Assembly (NCBI GenBank): GCA_903848955.1
Contig: CAINHS010000122.1
Span: 647 to 64,646 of the forward strand
Source of the DNA: an uncultured beta proteobacterium
GTDB taxonomy: Bacteria > Pseudomonadota > Gammaproteobacteria > Burkholderiales > Rhodocyclaceae
Length of the DNA: 64,000 nt
Direction of reading: 5' to 3'
Every line of letters begins with the position of its first letter. Position 1 is the stretch's first letter. This document shows positions 34,106 through 44,087 of the stretch, piece by piece. The translations under genes were made by a program, and so were the position numbers. A model generated the notes under the pieces. That model saw only the letters and a list, made by a program, of their open reading frames with translations. It ran no database searches and was not told where the DNA came from.

Positions 34106-35299
34106 ATGATGCGCGAAACCCACTCACACATGATCGACGATATGGCTGCCGCGGAAGCGGAACTCAAAGACACGCGCTTCCAGGAAGGGCAGCGCATCAC
34201 CTGGGTCAGCGTGGCGGTCAACATCGTGCTGACCGCAATGCAGTTGCTGGTCGGCTTCACCGCCCACTCGCAAAGCCTGATCGCGGACGCCATGCACACG
34301 CTGTCGGACATTGTCTCCGACGGCTTCGTGCTGTTCGCCAACCGCAAGGGCGCGGAAGCTGCCGACGCGGACCATCCCTATGGCCACGGCCGCTTCGAAA
34401 CCGCGGCGTCGCTGGTGCTGGGCCTGCTGCTGGCGGGCACCGGCGCCGGCATCCTGGTTGCCGCCGCGGGCCGCCTGCAGGACATCGGCAGCGCACCGCC
34501 GGTGGGAATCGCCGCGATGTGGGCGGCGATATTTACCCTGGCGGCCAAGGAGGGACTGTTCCGCTACATGCTGGCAACCGCCGAGCGCCTGCGTTCCCCC
34601 ATGCTGGTGGCCAACGCCTGGCACGCCCGCGCCGATGCCCTCTCGTCCCTCGTGGTGGCGGCGGGAATCGGCGGTGCATTGATCGGCTTCAACTTCGCCG
34701 ATGCCGTGGCCGCCATCGTCGTCGGCGCCATGATCGTGCGCGCCGGACTCAAATTCGGCTGGGAAGCCATCCGCGAACTGATCGACACCGGCCTCGCCGC
34801 CGAGGAAGTGGCCGCTATCCGTCAGACCATTGCCAGCACCCCCGGCGTGCGCGGCATGCACGAGTTGCGCACCCGGCGCATGGCGCACCAGGTGCTGGTC
34901 GATGCTCATGTCCAGGTCGACCCGCGCATCAGCGTGTCCGAAGGTCACCGCATTGCCGAGTCGGCGCGGCAGCGCGTACTCGAAAGTCATCCGGAAGTGC
35001 TCGACGTGCTGGTTCATATCGATGCTGAAAACGACCTGCTGGGCAATGCCACCATCGACCTGCCGGACCGGGCCTTTCTCCTCGCCCGTTTGAGCCTGCT
35101 GCTCGACACAAAGCTGCCTGAGTTTGAACGCACAACCCTGCATTATCTGGGCGCCCGGGTCGAAGCCGACGTCTTTCTGCCCCCCGGCGGCGCCGACGAA
35201 AACAGCCTGGCCGCGCTGCAACAGCGCCTGGAATCAGCTCTGGTTGACGATCCATGGTTCATCGCGATCCGGCTTCATCAGAGAGTTGCACCAAAGTAG
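34106..35299 (+). CDS. Cation diffusion facilitator family transporter
   Basis: ADAMHTLSD, HPYGHGRFE, ANAWHARAD, DVLVHID. Start uncertain. Confidence 0.9.
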   Translation: MMRETHSHMIDDMAAAEAELKDTRFQEGQRITWVSVAVNIVLTAMQLLVGFTAHSQSLIADAMHTLSDIVSDGFVLFANRKGAEAADADHPYGHGRFETAASLVLGLLLAGTGAGILVAAAGRLQDIGSAPPVGIAAMWAAIFTLAAKEGLFRYMLATAERLRSPMLVANAWHARADALSSLVVAAGIGGALIGFNFADAVAAIVVGAMIVRAGLKFGWEAIRELIDTGLAAEEVAAIRQTIASTPGVRGMHELRTRRMAHQVLVDAHVQVDPRISVSEGHRIAESARQRVLESHPEVLDVLVHIDAENDLLGNATIDLPDRAFLLARLSLLLDTKLPEFERTTLHYLGARVEADVFLPPGGADENSLAALQQRLESALVDDPWFIAIRLHQRVAPK

Positions 35300-35334
35300 T
35301 GCAGATAATAGTCGTCATGCACGTAAATGGTGCT
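35287..35334. promoter_or_regulatory. Tandem NtrC binding sites (enhancer)
   Basis: TGCACCAAAGTAGTGCA (35287-35303) and TGCACGTAAATGGTGCT (35318-35334), centres 31 bp apart, upstream of the glnA sigma54 promoter. Confidence 0.85.
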
Positions 35335-35464
35335 TCCGGCGCTATACCGGGAAGCAAAAGACTTGTGGCACAATCGCTCCCTTTACTCGCGGCAGCTTTG
35401 TTTAGTGCCGGCAAGGCAGGCGTTAGCCTCCACTGAAACATCGTTTTTGCGGCGCTGGTTTGAA

Positions 35465-35480
35465 TGGCACGCTAACTGCT
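35465..35480 (+). promoter_or_regulatory. sigma54 promoter of glnA
   Basis: TGGCACGCTAACTGCT (GG-N10-GC). Confidence 0.85.
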
Positions 35481-35548
35481 ATCAGGCTGCTACACCGCAT
35501 TCAGTACCGATTCCCAGCATTCGCCATTCTTTCTCAGGAGAGCAGTTC

Positions 35549-36961
35549 ATGATGACCCCCCAGGACGTAGTCAAACTGGTTGAAGAAAAGGAAGTTCGAT
35601 TTGTCGATTTCCGCTTCACCGACACCCGCGGCAAGGAACAGCACGTAGGAGTTCCGGTCTCCCATTTCGGCTTGGAAAAATTCGAAGACGGCCATGCCTT
35701 CGACGGCTCCTCCATCGCCGGCTGGAAGGGCATCCAGGCCTCCGACATGCAGTTGATGCCGGATGCGAACACCGCCTACATCGATCCCTTCATGGACGAG
35801 ACCACGCTGGTACTGACCTGCGACGTGGTCGAACCGGCCGACGGCAAGGGCTACGACCGCGACCCGCGTTCGATTGCCAAGCGCGCCGAGGCTTATCTCA
35901 AGTCCTCCGGCATCGGCGATACCGCCTTCTTCGGCCCGGAACCCGAATTCTTCATTTTCGACGCCGTCGAATGGAAGATCGACATGTCCGGCTCCTACTG
36001 CAAGGTCATCTCTGAAGAAGCCGCCTGGGCCTCGGCCGACAAGTTCGAAGCCGGCAACAGCGGCCACCGTCCCACCGTCAAGGGCGGCTACTTCCCGGTG
36101 CCGCCGGTCGACAGCCTGAACGACATCCGCGCCCAGATGTGTCTGGCGCTGGAAGCCTGCGGCGTGCCGGTGGAAGTTCATCACCACGAAGTCGCCACCG
36201 CCGGCCAGTGCGAAATCGGCACCAGGTTCGGCCCTCTGGTGCAGCGCGCCGACTGGACCCAGATCCTCAAGTACATCGTGCACAACGTCGCCCACAGCTA
36301 CGGCAAGACCGCGACCTTCATGCCCAAGCCCATCGTCGGCGACAACGGCTCCGGCATGCACGTGCATCAGTCGATCTGGAAGGACGGCAAGAACCTGTTC
36401 GCCGGCAACGGCTATGCTGGCCTGTCCGAGACTGCGCTGTACTACATCGGCGGCATCATCAAGCATGCCCGCGCCCTGAACGCCATCACCAACCCGCTGA
36501 CGAATTCCTACAAGCGCCTGGTGCCCGGCTTCGAAGCTCCGGTCAAGCTGGCCTACTCGGCGCGCAACCGCTCCGCCTCGATCCGCGTTCCCTACGTGCA
36601 TAACGACAAGGCGCGCCGCATCGAAGTGCGCTTCCCGGATCCGGGCGCGAATCCTTATCTGGCCTTTACCGCCATGATGATGGCCGGTCTCGACGGTATC
36701 CAGAACAAGATCCACCCCGGCGATCCGGCCGACAAGAATCTGTACGACCTGCCGCCGGAAGAAGACGCGAAGATCCCGACCGTCTGCTCCAGCCTGGAAC
36801 AGGCTCTGGAGTACCTCGACAAGGGCCGCGATTTCCTGTTGCGCGGCGGCGTCTTCAGCAACGAGATGATCGATGCCTACATCGAGCTCAGGAATGAGGA
36901 AGTCACGCGTTTCCGCATGACCACCCATCCGCTCGAGTACGAAATGTATTACTCGATCTGA
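35549..36961 (+). CDS. glnA: Glutamine synthetase type I
   Basis: RBS AGGAG. Motifs [45 protein letters not shown], and adenylylation-loop DKNLYDLP. Confidence 0.98.
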   Translation: MMTPQDVVKLVEEKEVRFVDFRFTDTRGKEQHVGVPVSHFGLEKFEDGHAFDGSSIAGWKGIQASDMQLMPDANTAYIDPFMDETTLVLTCDVVEPADGKGYDRDPRSIAKRAEAYLKSSGIGDTAFFGPEPEFFIFDAVEWKIDMSGSYCKVISEEAAWASADKFEAGNSGHRPTVKGGYFPVPPVDSLNDIRAQMCLALEACGVPVEVHHHEVATAGQCEIGTRFGPLVQRADWTQILKYIVHNVAHSYGKTATFMPKPIVGDNGSGMHVHQSIWKDGKNLFAGNGYAGLSETALYYIGGIIKHARALNAITNPLTNSYKRLVPGFEAPVKLAYSARNRSASIRVPYVHNDKARRIEVRFPDPGANPYLAFTAMMMAGLDGIQNKIHPGDPADKNLYDLPPEEDAKIPTVCSSLEQALEYLDKGRDFLLRGGVFSNEMIDAYIELRNEEVTRFRMTTHPLEYEMYYSI

Positions 36962-36984
36962 TCCGGGCTGAAAAATCCGGAAGC

Positions 36985-37015
36985 AAAAGGACGGGCGTTG
37001 CCCGTCCTTTTTTTT
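36985..37015 (+). terminator. Rho-independent terminator after glnA
   Basis: AAAAGGACGGGC-GTT-GCCCGTCC followed by a T8 tract. Confidence 0.9.
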
Positions 37016-37118
37016 CGCGTCGCGGAGGCCGGCAGCGGTATCCCGGCGACGGGTCCGCGGCGTCCGCACTGCAGATGGTTTGCTGGCGATGGTCTGGCAA
37101 TTGACATAAACTCGCGCC

Positions 37119-37559
37119 ATGAAGATTCTCCTCCTTGCCGTTACGTTCCTGCTGCCCCTGACAGGGCTTGCCAGTACGCTCTACAAATGCACTGACGCGG
37201 CCGGCGTGGTGCTGTACACCAACCAGAAAGCCGGCAACAAGAACTGTACGGTGTTGTTGCAGCAGGTGCCGGCGCCTGCTCCGGCTGCCGCCGCCGGCAG
37301 CAAACACGCCGCTGCGGCGGCGACGCCCGGTGATTTCCCCCGCGTTTCGGGAAGCGAGCAGAAGGCTCGCGACAGCGACCGCCGTGCAATTCTCGACAAG
37401 GAACTCGCCAACGAACTGCAGCACGCCGAAAAGGCCCGCAAGGCCCTGGCCGATGCCGGCAGCCAGCCCGTCGACAAACTCCAGCCTTTGCGCGACACGG
37501 CTGCGCTGCACGAGCGCAACATCGAGTCGCTGAAAAAGGAAATCGGCAACCTGCGCTGA
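37119..37559 (+). CDS. Exported DUF4124-like protein
   Basis: Signal peptide, LYKCTDAAGVVLYTNQ, coiled-coil C-terminus; the usual position between glnA and ntrB in betaproteobacteria. Confidence 0.7.
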   Translation: MKILLLAVTFLLPLTGLASTLYKCTDAAGVVLYTNQKAGNKNCTVLLQQVPAPAPAAAAGSKHAAAAATPGDFPRVSGSEQKARDSDRRAILDKELANELQHAEKARKALADAGSQPVDKLQPLRDTAALHERNIESLKKEIGNLR

Positions 37560-37615
37560 TCCGGCGTCAATTTGACATCCAGTGGCTGGTGCGCTTCTTG
37601 CACTGAACTGAAACA

Positions 37616-38683
37616 ATGACCGCCACAAAACCTTTCCATGCCTTCAGCGGATTGGACTTGCTCTCCACCGCCGTGGTGCTGGTCGATGCCAAGCTGATCG
37701 TCCGCCATGTCAATCCGTCGGCGGAGAACCTGTTTGCCATCAGCTCGCGCCAGCTGCTCGGGCACCCCTTGCAGCGGCTGGTGGGCGACACGCCCGAACT
37801 CTCCGCCGCACTCGACAATGCGCTGAAGAACAACTGGAGCTATACCGGTCACAACATCCTGATCAAGCGCGCACCCGAGGTAAAGCTGCACGTCGATTGC
37901 ACCGTAACCCCGGTCGACGCCAACCCGGCGCGCCTGCTGCTGGAAGTGCGCCCCATCGACCAGCAGTTGAAGGCGGCGCGCGAGGAGCAGTTGGCGCAGC
38001 AGCAGCAGGCCAACCGCGAACTGGTGCGCAATCTGGCGCACGAGATCAAGAATCCGCTCGGTGGCATTCGCGGCTCCGCTCAGCTGCTGGAGCGCGAACT
38101 GGCCAGCGAGCCGCTCAAGGAATATACCCAGGTCATCATTGAGGAAGCCGACCGCCTGCAGGACCTGATGCAACGCCTGCTCTCTTCGCATCGCGTGATG
38201 CAGCCGGCGCTGGTCAGCATCCACGAGATTCTCGAACGCGTGCGACGGCTGATCCACGCCGAATACCACGATGTCACCGTGCGCCGTGACTACGATACTT
38301 CGCTGCCCGACATTACCGGCGACCGCGAGCAGTTGATCCAGGCGATTCTCAATATCTCGCGCAACGCCGCACAGGCGATGCAAGGCAAGGGGGAAATCCT
38401 GTTCTGCACGCGGGCGGCGCGACAGGTCACGCTGGCCAAGAGGCGCCACCAGCTGGCACTTGAATTGCAAGTCATCGACAACGGCCCGGGCATACCCGAC
38501 AACATTCGCGACAGGATCTTTTATCCGCTGGTGTCGGGCCGTGAAAACGGCAGCGGGCTTGGCCTCACCATTGCCCAGAGCTTTGTCCAGCAACACGGCG
38601 GAACCATTGATGTCACATCGCGTCCGGGTTACACCTGCTTTTCGCTGATGCTGCCGCTGAACCGAAAGAAAAAGGAAGATTGA
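37616..38683 (+). CDS. glnL: Nitrogen regulation sensor kinase NtrB
   Basis: PAS, LAHEIKNPLGGIRGSAQLL, DNGPG, GSGLGL. Confidence 0.95.
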   Translation: MTATKPFHAFSGLDLLSTAVVLVDAKLIVRHVNPSAENLFAISSRQLLGHPLQRLVGDTPELSAALDNALKNNWSYTGHNILIKRAPEVKLHVDCTVTPVDANPARLLLEVRPIDQQLKAAREEQLAQQQQANRELVRNLAHEIKNPLGGIRGSAQLLERELASEPLKEYTQVIIEEADRLQDLMQRLLSSHRVMQPALVSIHEILERVRRLIHAEYHDVTVRRDYDTSLPDITGDREQLIQAILNISRNAAQAMQGKGEILFCTRAARQVTLAKRRHQLALELQVIDNGPGIPDNIRDRIFYPLVSGRENGSGLGLTIAQSFVQQHGGTIDVTSRPGYTCFSLMLPLNRKKKED

Positions 38684-38771
38684 TGAACGACTTGTCCCCC
38701 GGCTCCTGCTCCGCAAGAAGGAGTAACTGCCGCGCTGCCTTGGGGTCGCGGCGAGGTGCCAGACCATGAAC
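38683..38771 (+). repeat. 83-nt insertion at the ntrB/ntrC junction flanked by an ATGAAC direct repeat
   Basis: ATGAAC at 38683-38688 and 38766-38771; internal hairpin GCCGCG (38729-34) / CGCGGC (38747-52). Only one copy in the window. Confidence 0.5.
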
Positions 38772-40178
38772 CCTGTCTGGATCATCGACGACGACCGTTC
38801 CATCCGCTGGGTGCTGGAAAAGGCCCTCGGTCGCGAGGGCATTCCATCCAAGTGCTTCGGCTCCGCCGACGAAGCGCTGGCGGCGTTCGACCACGGCCAG
38901 CGGCCGCAGGTTCTGGTTTCCGACATCCGCATGCCCGGCAGCAGCGGGCTTGATCTGTTGCGGCACGTAAAAGCCAACTATCCCGATCTGCCGGTCATCA
39001 TCATGACCGCCTATTCCGACCTTGATTCCGCCGTCGCCGCGTTCCAGGGCGGTGCCTTCGAATACCTGCCGAAGCCGTTCGATGTCGATCAGGCCGTGGA
39101 CCTGGTGCGCCGGGCCATGACCGAGTCGTCGCACCATAATGGTGCGCCTATCGAAACCAGCAGCGTACCGGAGATTCTGGGTCAGGGTGCCGCCTTGCAG
39201 GAGGTCTTTCGCGCCATCGGGCGGTTGTCCCAGTCCCACGCCACCGTGCTGATCAACGGTGAGTCCGGCACCGGCAAGGAACTGGTGGCGCGCGCCCTGC
39301 ATCGCCACAGCCCGCGCAAGGACGCGCCCTTCATCGCCATCAACACGGCCGCGATTCCGCGCGACCTGCTCGAATCCGAGCTGTTCGGCCACGAAAAGGG
39401 GGCGTTCACCGGCGCCGCCGCGCTGCGTCGCGGGCGCTTCGAACAGGCCGACAACGGCACGCTGTTCCTCGACGAAATCGGCGATATGCCGGCCGAGTTG
39501 CAAACCCGGCTGTTACGCGTCCTCTCCGACGGCAACTTCTATCGCGTCGGCGGTCACCAGCCGGTAAAGTCCAACGTCCGCGTCATCGCCGCAACCCACC
39601 AGGACCTCGAAGGTCGCGTCAAGGACGGCCTGTTCCGCGAAGACCTGTTCCATCGCCTCAACGTCATCCGGCTGCGCCTGCCGCCCTTGCGCGAACGGCG
39701 CGACGACATTCCGCTGCTGGCCAAACACTTCCTGCAAAAGAGCGCCCAGGAACTCGGCGGCGAACCCAAGCGGCTGACCGATGCAGCGCTCAAGTACCTG
39801 CAGGGACTTGAGTTCCCCGGCAATGTGCGGCAGCTGGAAAATCTCTGCCACTGGCTGACGGTGATGGCACCGGGGCAAAGCGTGGACATTCCCGATCTCC
39901 CCGCCGAATTGCGCGACGAACCGCGGCGCGATTTGCCCGCCAACTGGAGTGCGGCGCTGGCGGGCGAAGCCGACCGGCTGCTCGGTTCTGCGCCCGGCGA
40001 GGTTTTCGACAAGCTTACGCGCCAGTTCGAAGCCACGCTGATCCGGCGCGCGCTCAACGCCTCCGGCGGGCGCCGCATCGATGCTGCGCAACTGCTCGGC
40101 ATCGGCCGCAACACCATCACGCGCAAGATTCAGGAGCTTGGCCTCGACGGCGTCAAGGCCGGTACGGAGGAAGACTGA
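38766..40178 (+). CDS. glnG: Nitrogen regulation response regulator NtrC
   Basis: REC, AAA+ GESGTGKE, GAFTGA, FREDLFHRLNV, Fis-type HTH LLGIGRNTITRK. Confidence 0.97.
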   Translation: MNPVWIIDDDRSIRWVLEKALGREGIPSKCFGSADEALAAFDHGQRPQVLVSDIRMPGSSGLDLLRHVKANYPDLPVIIMTAYSDLDSAVAAFQGGAFEYLPKPFDVDQAVDLVRRAMTESSHHNGAPIETSSVPEILGQGAALQEVFRAIGRLSQSHATVLINGESGTGKELVARALHRHSPRKDAPFIAINTAAIPRDLLESELFGHEKGAFTGAAALRRGRFEQADNGTLFLDEIGDMPAELQTRLLRVLSDGNFYRVGGHQPVKSNVRVIAATHQDLEGRVKDGLFREDLFHRLNVIRLRLPPLRERRDDIPLLAKHFLQKSAQELGGEPKRLTDAALKYLQGLEFPGNVRQLENLCHWLTVMAPGQSVDIPDLPAELRDEPRRDLPANWSAALAGEADRLLGSAPGEVFDKLTRQFEATLIRRALNASGGRRIDAAQLLGIGRNTITRKIQELGLDGVKAGTEED

Positions 40179-40184
40179 AGCCGG

Positions 40185-41003
40185 CTATTGCGGCTGCAGG
40201 ATCTTCAGCAGCAGCGCCTTGACCACCGCCGGCTCGAAAGGCTTGTCGCAGATGCCCGAAACGCCGGCTTCCTCGACTGCGGCGAGCCGGCCCTGATCGG
40301 ATTCGCTGGTGACCATCAGCACCGGCACCGAGTTCTGCCAGCTCTTATGGCGGATATGATCGATCAGCGCCTTGCCGTCCATCTCCGGCATGTTGTAGTC
40401 GGTCACCACCAGGTCGACCAGGTTTTCGGCCATCACCGCCACTGCCGCGACACCGTTTTCCGCCTCGACAAAGTTGCGGATGCCGAGATTCTCCAGCACG
40501 CGCCTGATGAAGCCACGCGCGCTGCGGCTGTCGTCCACGATCAGGACACGCAGTCCTTCGAGATCGATCCCGGCTTTCTCGAGGCCGGCGTCGTCGTCGT
40601 CGAGGTAATCCAGCGTGTTGCGCAAGGCCTTGCGCAGCTGCGCCTCTGAAAACGGTTTCGGCAGAATGCCGCAGACGCCGCTTTGCCGCACCGGATCGAG
40701 CACCTGCGGCCGCGTTTCGCTGGAAACGAGTATGAAGGGCACGTGCTCGAAATCCGGGTCGGCGCGCATGGTCCGGATCAGTTCGGTGCCGGACAGGTCC
40801 GGCAGGTACAGCGCGCTGATGACCACGCTGGGCAGTGCTTCGCGCAACAGCGCCAGCGCCTCGGCGGCGGTATTGCAACGCCGCACCTGGGTCACACCGA
40901 GCTGCCCCAACAGGGCGATGATGATGCGGCTCTGAACGGCCGAGGGTTCGACCAGGTAGACGATCAGTTCCGAAAATGCAGTAAGCACGATGGCAGCCAA
41001 CAC
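40185..41003 (-). CDS. Response regulator with two tandem receiver domains
   Basis: REC1 (VVISALYLPDLSG, lacks Asp) and REC2 (VVTDYNMPEMDG, canonical). Confidence 0.8.
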   Translation of the reverse strand: MLAAIVLTAFSELIVYLVEPSAVQSRIIIALLGQLGVTQVRRCNTAAEALALLREALPSVVISALYLPDLSGTELIRTMRADPDFEHVPFILVSSETRPQVLDPVRQSGVCGILPKPFSEAQLRKALRNTLDYLDDDDAGLEKAGIDLEGLRVLIVDDSRSARGFIRRVLENLGIRNFVEAENGVAAVAVMAENLVDLVVTDYNMPEMDGKALIDHIRHKSWQNSVPVLMVTSESDQGRLAAVEEAGVSGICDKPFEPAVVKALLLKILQPQ

Positions 41004-41081
41004 AGTTCACGGCCTTCCAGTATAGTCAATCCCGCCATTTCTGATTTTGTGTCACCGCCTCGTCGCCACACGGGACATTTC

Positions 41082-41849
41082 ATGCCAGCCAGCATTGCCG
41101 CCATTGCCGCCAGGCTCGGAGCACTCGCCTGCCGCTTCGACATCGACATCCTGTCGCGCTGCGATTCGACCAACGCCGTCTTGCTGAGCCGCGCCGAAGC
41201 CGGCGCGCCTGGCGGCACGGTGGTCATCGCCGAGGAGCAAACCGCCGGCCGCGGCCGGCGCGGCCGCAGCTGGTTCGCCAGCCCCGGCGACAGCCTCACC
41301 TTCTCCCTGCTCTGGCGTTTTGCACCGGGCACGCCGCCGGCCGGCCTCTCGCTCGCGGCGGGTGTCGCCGTCGGCCGCGCCCTGGCGCAGTCCGGCGCCG
41401 GCGAAACCTTGCTGAAATGGCCCAACGACATCCTCAAGGAAGGCCGCAAGCTCGGCGGCATTCTGGTCGAACTGCTGCCCGGCGCCCCGCATGTTGCCGT
41501 CATCGGCATCGGTCTCAATCTGCGCCTGCCCGCCGCCATGCCTGCCGACGTCCGTGCCGCCTCGGCCGCGATCGGCGCCGGCAGCGACGCCGATGTCTTG
41601 TATGCCGCCGTGCTGGGCGAACTGCTGGCTACGCTGGAAACCTTCGCCGCCGCCGGCTTTGCCGCGATTCGCGCGGAGTGGATGGCGCGCCATGCCTGGC
41701 CCAATGCCAAGGTCATCCTGTCATCCGATTTCGGGCCGTCCGGCGAGGGCATCTGTCGCGGCGTCGACAGCGACGGTGCGCTGCTGCTCGAGGCCGATGG
41801 CCGCATCGAGCGCATTCTCTCCGGCGAAGTATCGCTGCGAGCGGTTTGA
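41082..41849 (+). CDS. birA: Biotin-[acetyl-CoA carboxylase] ligase (no N-terminal HTH)
   Basis: DSTN, QTAGRGRRGRSW, KWPND, KLGGILVE, GIGLN. Confidence 0.93.
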   Translation: MPASIAAIAARLGALACRFDIDILSRCDSTNAVLLSRAEAGAPGGTVVIAEEQTAGRGRRGRSWFASPGDSLTFSLLWRFAPGTPPAGLSLAAGVAVGRALAQSGAGETLLKWPNDILKEGRKLGGILVELLPGAPHVAVIGIGLNLRLPAAMPADVRAASAAIGAGSDADVLYAAVLGELLATLETFAAAGFAAIRAEWMARHAWPNAKVILSSDFGPSGEGICRGVDSDGALLLEADGRIERILSGEVSLRAV

Positions 41850-41858
41850 AAGACAGCC

Positions 41859-42566
41859 ATGATTCTTTGCCTTGACGCCGGCAACTCGCGACTGAAGTGC
41901 GGCCTTTTCGACGGCAGCGGCTGGCGCATGCAGGGGGCGCTGGACTACCAGGCTTTCGATGATCTGGTCGCCGAACTGCCGCAGATGCCGGCACGCATCG
42001 TCGCCTGCAACGTGGCCGGCGAACCGATGCGGCTGCGCATAGAAGCGCTGGCAGGAAGCCTTGGCATTGCCCTCGACTGGCTCACCAGTTGCGCCGCCGC
42101 CTGCGGCGTGAGCAACGGCTACGACAAGCCGGCACAGCTCGGCGCGGATCGCTGGGCGGCACTGATCGCGGCGCGGGCGCTGCAGGCAGGGCCGTCCGTG
42201 GTGGTGATGGCCGGCACCGCCACGACCATCGACGCACTGGACGGCAACGGCGTATTTCGCGGCGGTCTGATCCTGCCCGGCCTGAGCCTGATGCGCGCCG
42301 CATTGGCCGGCAATACCGCCGACCTGCCGTATGCCGACGGCCATTACAAATCGCTGCCGACCAACACTGACGATGCCATCGTCAGCGGCGCGCTGCATGC
42401 CACGCTGGGCGCCATCGCACGCATTCACCAGACGCTGGGCGCTGATGCCGTATGCCTGCTGTCCGGCGGTGCGGCGCCGGCACTGGCGCCGCAGCTGGAT
42501 TTGCCGCATCGCCTGACGGACAATCTGGTGCTGGAAGGCCTGGCCCGCTACAGCCAGACGGTCTAG
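41859..42566 (+). CDS. coaX: Type III pantothenate kinase
   Basis: LDAGNSRLK, LGADRW, GTATTID, GGLILPG. Confidence 0.93.
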   Translation: MILCLDAGNSRLKCGLFDGSGWRMQGALDYQAFDDLVAELPQMPARIVACNVAGEPMRLRIEALAGSLGIALDWLTSCAAACGVSNGYDKPAQLGADRWAALIAARALQAGPSVVVMAGTATTIDALDGNGVFRGGLILPGLSLMRAALAGNTADLPYADGHYKSLPTNTDDAIVSGALHATLGAIARIHQTLGADAVCLLSGGAAPALAPQLDLPHRLTDNLVLEGLARYSQTV

Positions 42567-42633
42567 GCTAATCGTCCCGCGGCAGCACCGCACTATTGTT
42601 GACATCAAGTGCTTTTCAAACTAGCTTGCTTCG

Positions 42634-43965
42634 ATGCCTTCGCCACATCAACTGCCGGCTCGAAAACTCCCTGACGATGATCCGGCGCGGATGTTGTTGC
42701 ACGACGAAGTGCACGCGCGTCCCACGGCGCGGATCCGGCTGCCGGCGCTGGTGGTCTACATCGCGGTGCTGAACGAGGGTGTTTCACGGCAGCAGGAGTG
42801 CGAGCACCTGAGGTTGCTGCCCGGTCAGGAGGCCCTCGGCAGCGACCGCCTCGACGGCAATTTCCTGCGTCTGCGGTTTGAGCGATTCACGCTCAAGTGG
42901 GAACGGCACACCGAGTTCACCCGCTACTCGGTGGTGCAGTCGTTGCCGGCGGAAGCCTTGCTCGACGCTCATGATCCCGACCTGCATTCGGCATCGGCCC
43001 TGAGTGCCGAATGGCTGAGCGGGATTCCGGGCCGCACCATCTCGGCCGTTTTCCTGGCGATGGTTCACGGCGAGCTTGGCAGGCCGGAGGCGATAGTGAC
43101 GAAAGCGCAGTCGTGGTTCGGCGCGAATCCAATCGTTGCATCGTTGATGGGAGCCAACGGACATTCCTGCGCCTTTGCGGACTTCCAGGTCAGGCCGGAC
43201 GGGTTCGAGCGCATGCTCGTCGTCGCGCCGGCAGACACCTCCGAAACCAGGCCGGGACGCATTGCCCAGCGCTTGCTCGAGATTGAAACCTACCGGCTGC
43301 TGGCCCTGAAGGGCTTGTTTGTGGCAAAGGACATAGGGCCGATGCTGGCCCGCTCCGAGCATGCGCTGGCGGAGATCACTACCCTGCTTGAGGGAAAAAA
43401 GGATTCGGATCAGGAATTGCTGGAGCGATTGGTGTCGCTGGCGGCGGGAGTCGAGCGGGCAACGGCCCAGCACTCATTCCGGTTCTCTGCGACCAAGGCC
43501 TACGACGCTCTTGTCAGCCAGCGGATTGCCGAGCTGAGGGAAACAAGCATCCCCGGCAGTCAAAGCATCGGCGAATTCATGCAGCGCAGATTGTCGCCGG
43601 CCATGGCCACGGTGGCAGCGACGGCGCAACGCCTGACTTCGCTTTCCGAAAGAATCTCGAGAGCCAGCGCGCTGCTGCGGACCCGCGTCGATATCGCCAC
43701 CGAAGTGCAGAACCAACTGCTGCTCGAGAAATTGACGCGCGGCCAGGAAATGCAGTTGCGGCTGCAAACTACGGTTGAAGGCTTGTCCATCGCGGCGATC
43801 TCCTACTACGTCGTGAGTTTGCTGGTGTACGCGGTAAAGGCATTGAAGGGCGCGGGAGTTCCCGTCGATCCGGAAATTACCGCCGGCGCGCTGATTCCTC
43901 TGGTGCTGTGGGTGGTATGGCGAACCACGCAGCGGATTCACAAGAAGTTCCACGCCGGCCACTGA
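42634..43965 (+). CDS. DUF3422 family membrane-anchored protein
   Basis: LHDEVHARP, KWERHTEF, QRLLEIETYR, LRTRVDI, QLRLQTTVEGLSIAAISYY. Confidence 0.85.
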   Translation: MPSPHQLPARKLPDDDPARMLLHDEVHARPTARIRLPALVVYIAVLNEGVSRQQECEHLRLLPGQEALGSDRLDGNFLRLRFERFTLKWERHTEFTRYSVVQSLPAEALLDAHDPDLHSASALSAEWLSGIPGRTISAVFLAMVHGELGRPEAIVTKAQSWFGANPIVASLMGANGHSCAFADFQVRPDGFERMLVVAPADTSETRPGRIAQRLLEIETYRLLALKGLFVAKDIGPMLARSEHALAEITTLLEGKKDSDQELLERLVSLAAGVERATAQHSFRFSATKAYDALVSQRIAELRETSIPGSQSIGEFMQRRLSPAMATVAATAQRLTSLSERISRASALLRTRVDIATEVQNQLLLEKLTRGQEMQLRLQTTVEGLSIAAISYYVVSLLVYAVKALKGAGVPVDPEITAGALIPLVLWVVWRTTQRIHKKFHAGH

Positions 43966-44087
43966 AGACATTTCTGCGGGTTTGGCAGGCCAAGCGAATG
44001 CCCGGTTCGCGCTTTTGTCATGCGGCAAGCCACTTGATCACGCCGCCGGCATGACAGACAATGTGCCATCCGCCGCAGGAGTGTTCC

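Noticed and set aside
35327-35548. 74-aa N-terminal extension of GlnA in the ORF track
   Set aside because: It spans the NtrC sites and the sigma54 promoter; the RBS supports ATG 35549.
37566-37602. GTCAATTTGAC palindrome, TTGACA hexamer and sigma54-like TGGTGCGCTTCTTGCA upstream of ntrB
   Set aside because: The sigma54-like motif would leave almost no leader before ATG 37616, and TTGACA lacks a matching -10. I cannot tell which, if any, is functional.
44016-44056. TGTCATGC/GCATGACA inverted repeat in the DUF350 leader
   Set aside because: It is only 8 bp, has no riboswitch-like consensus, and could be chance or a generic operator.
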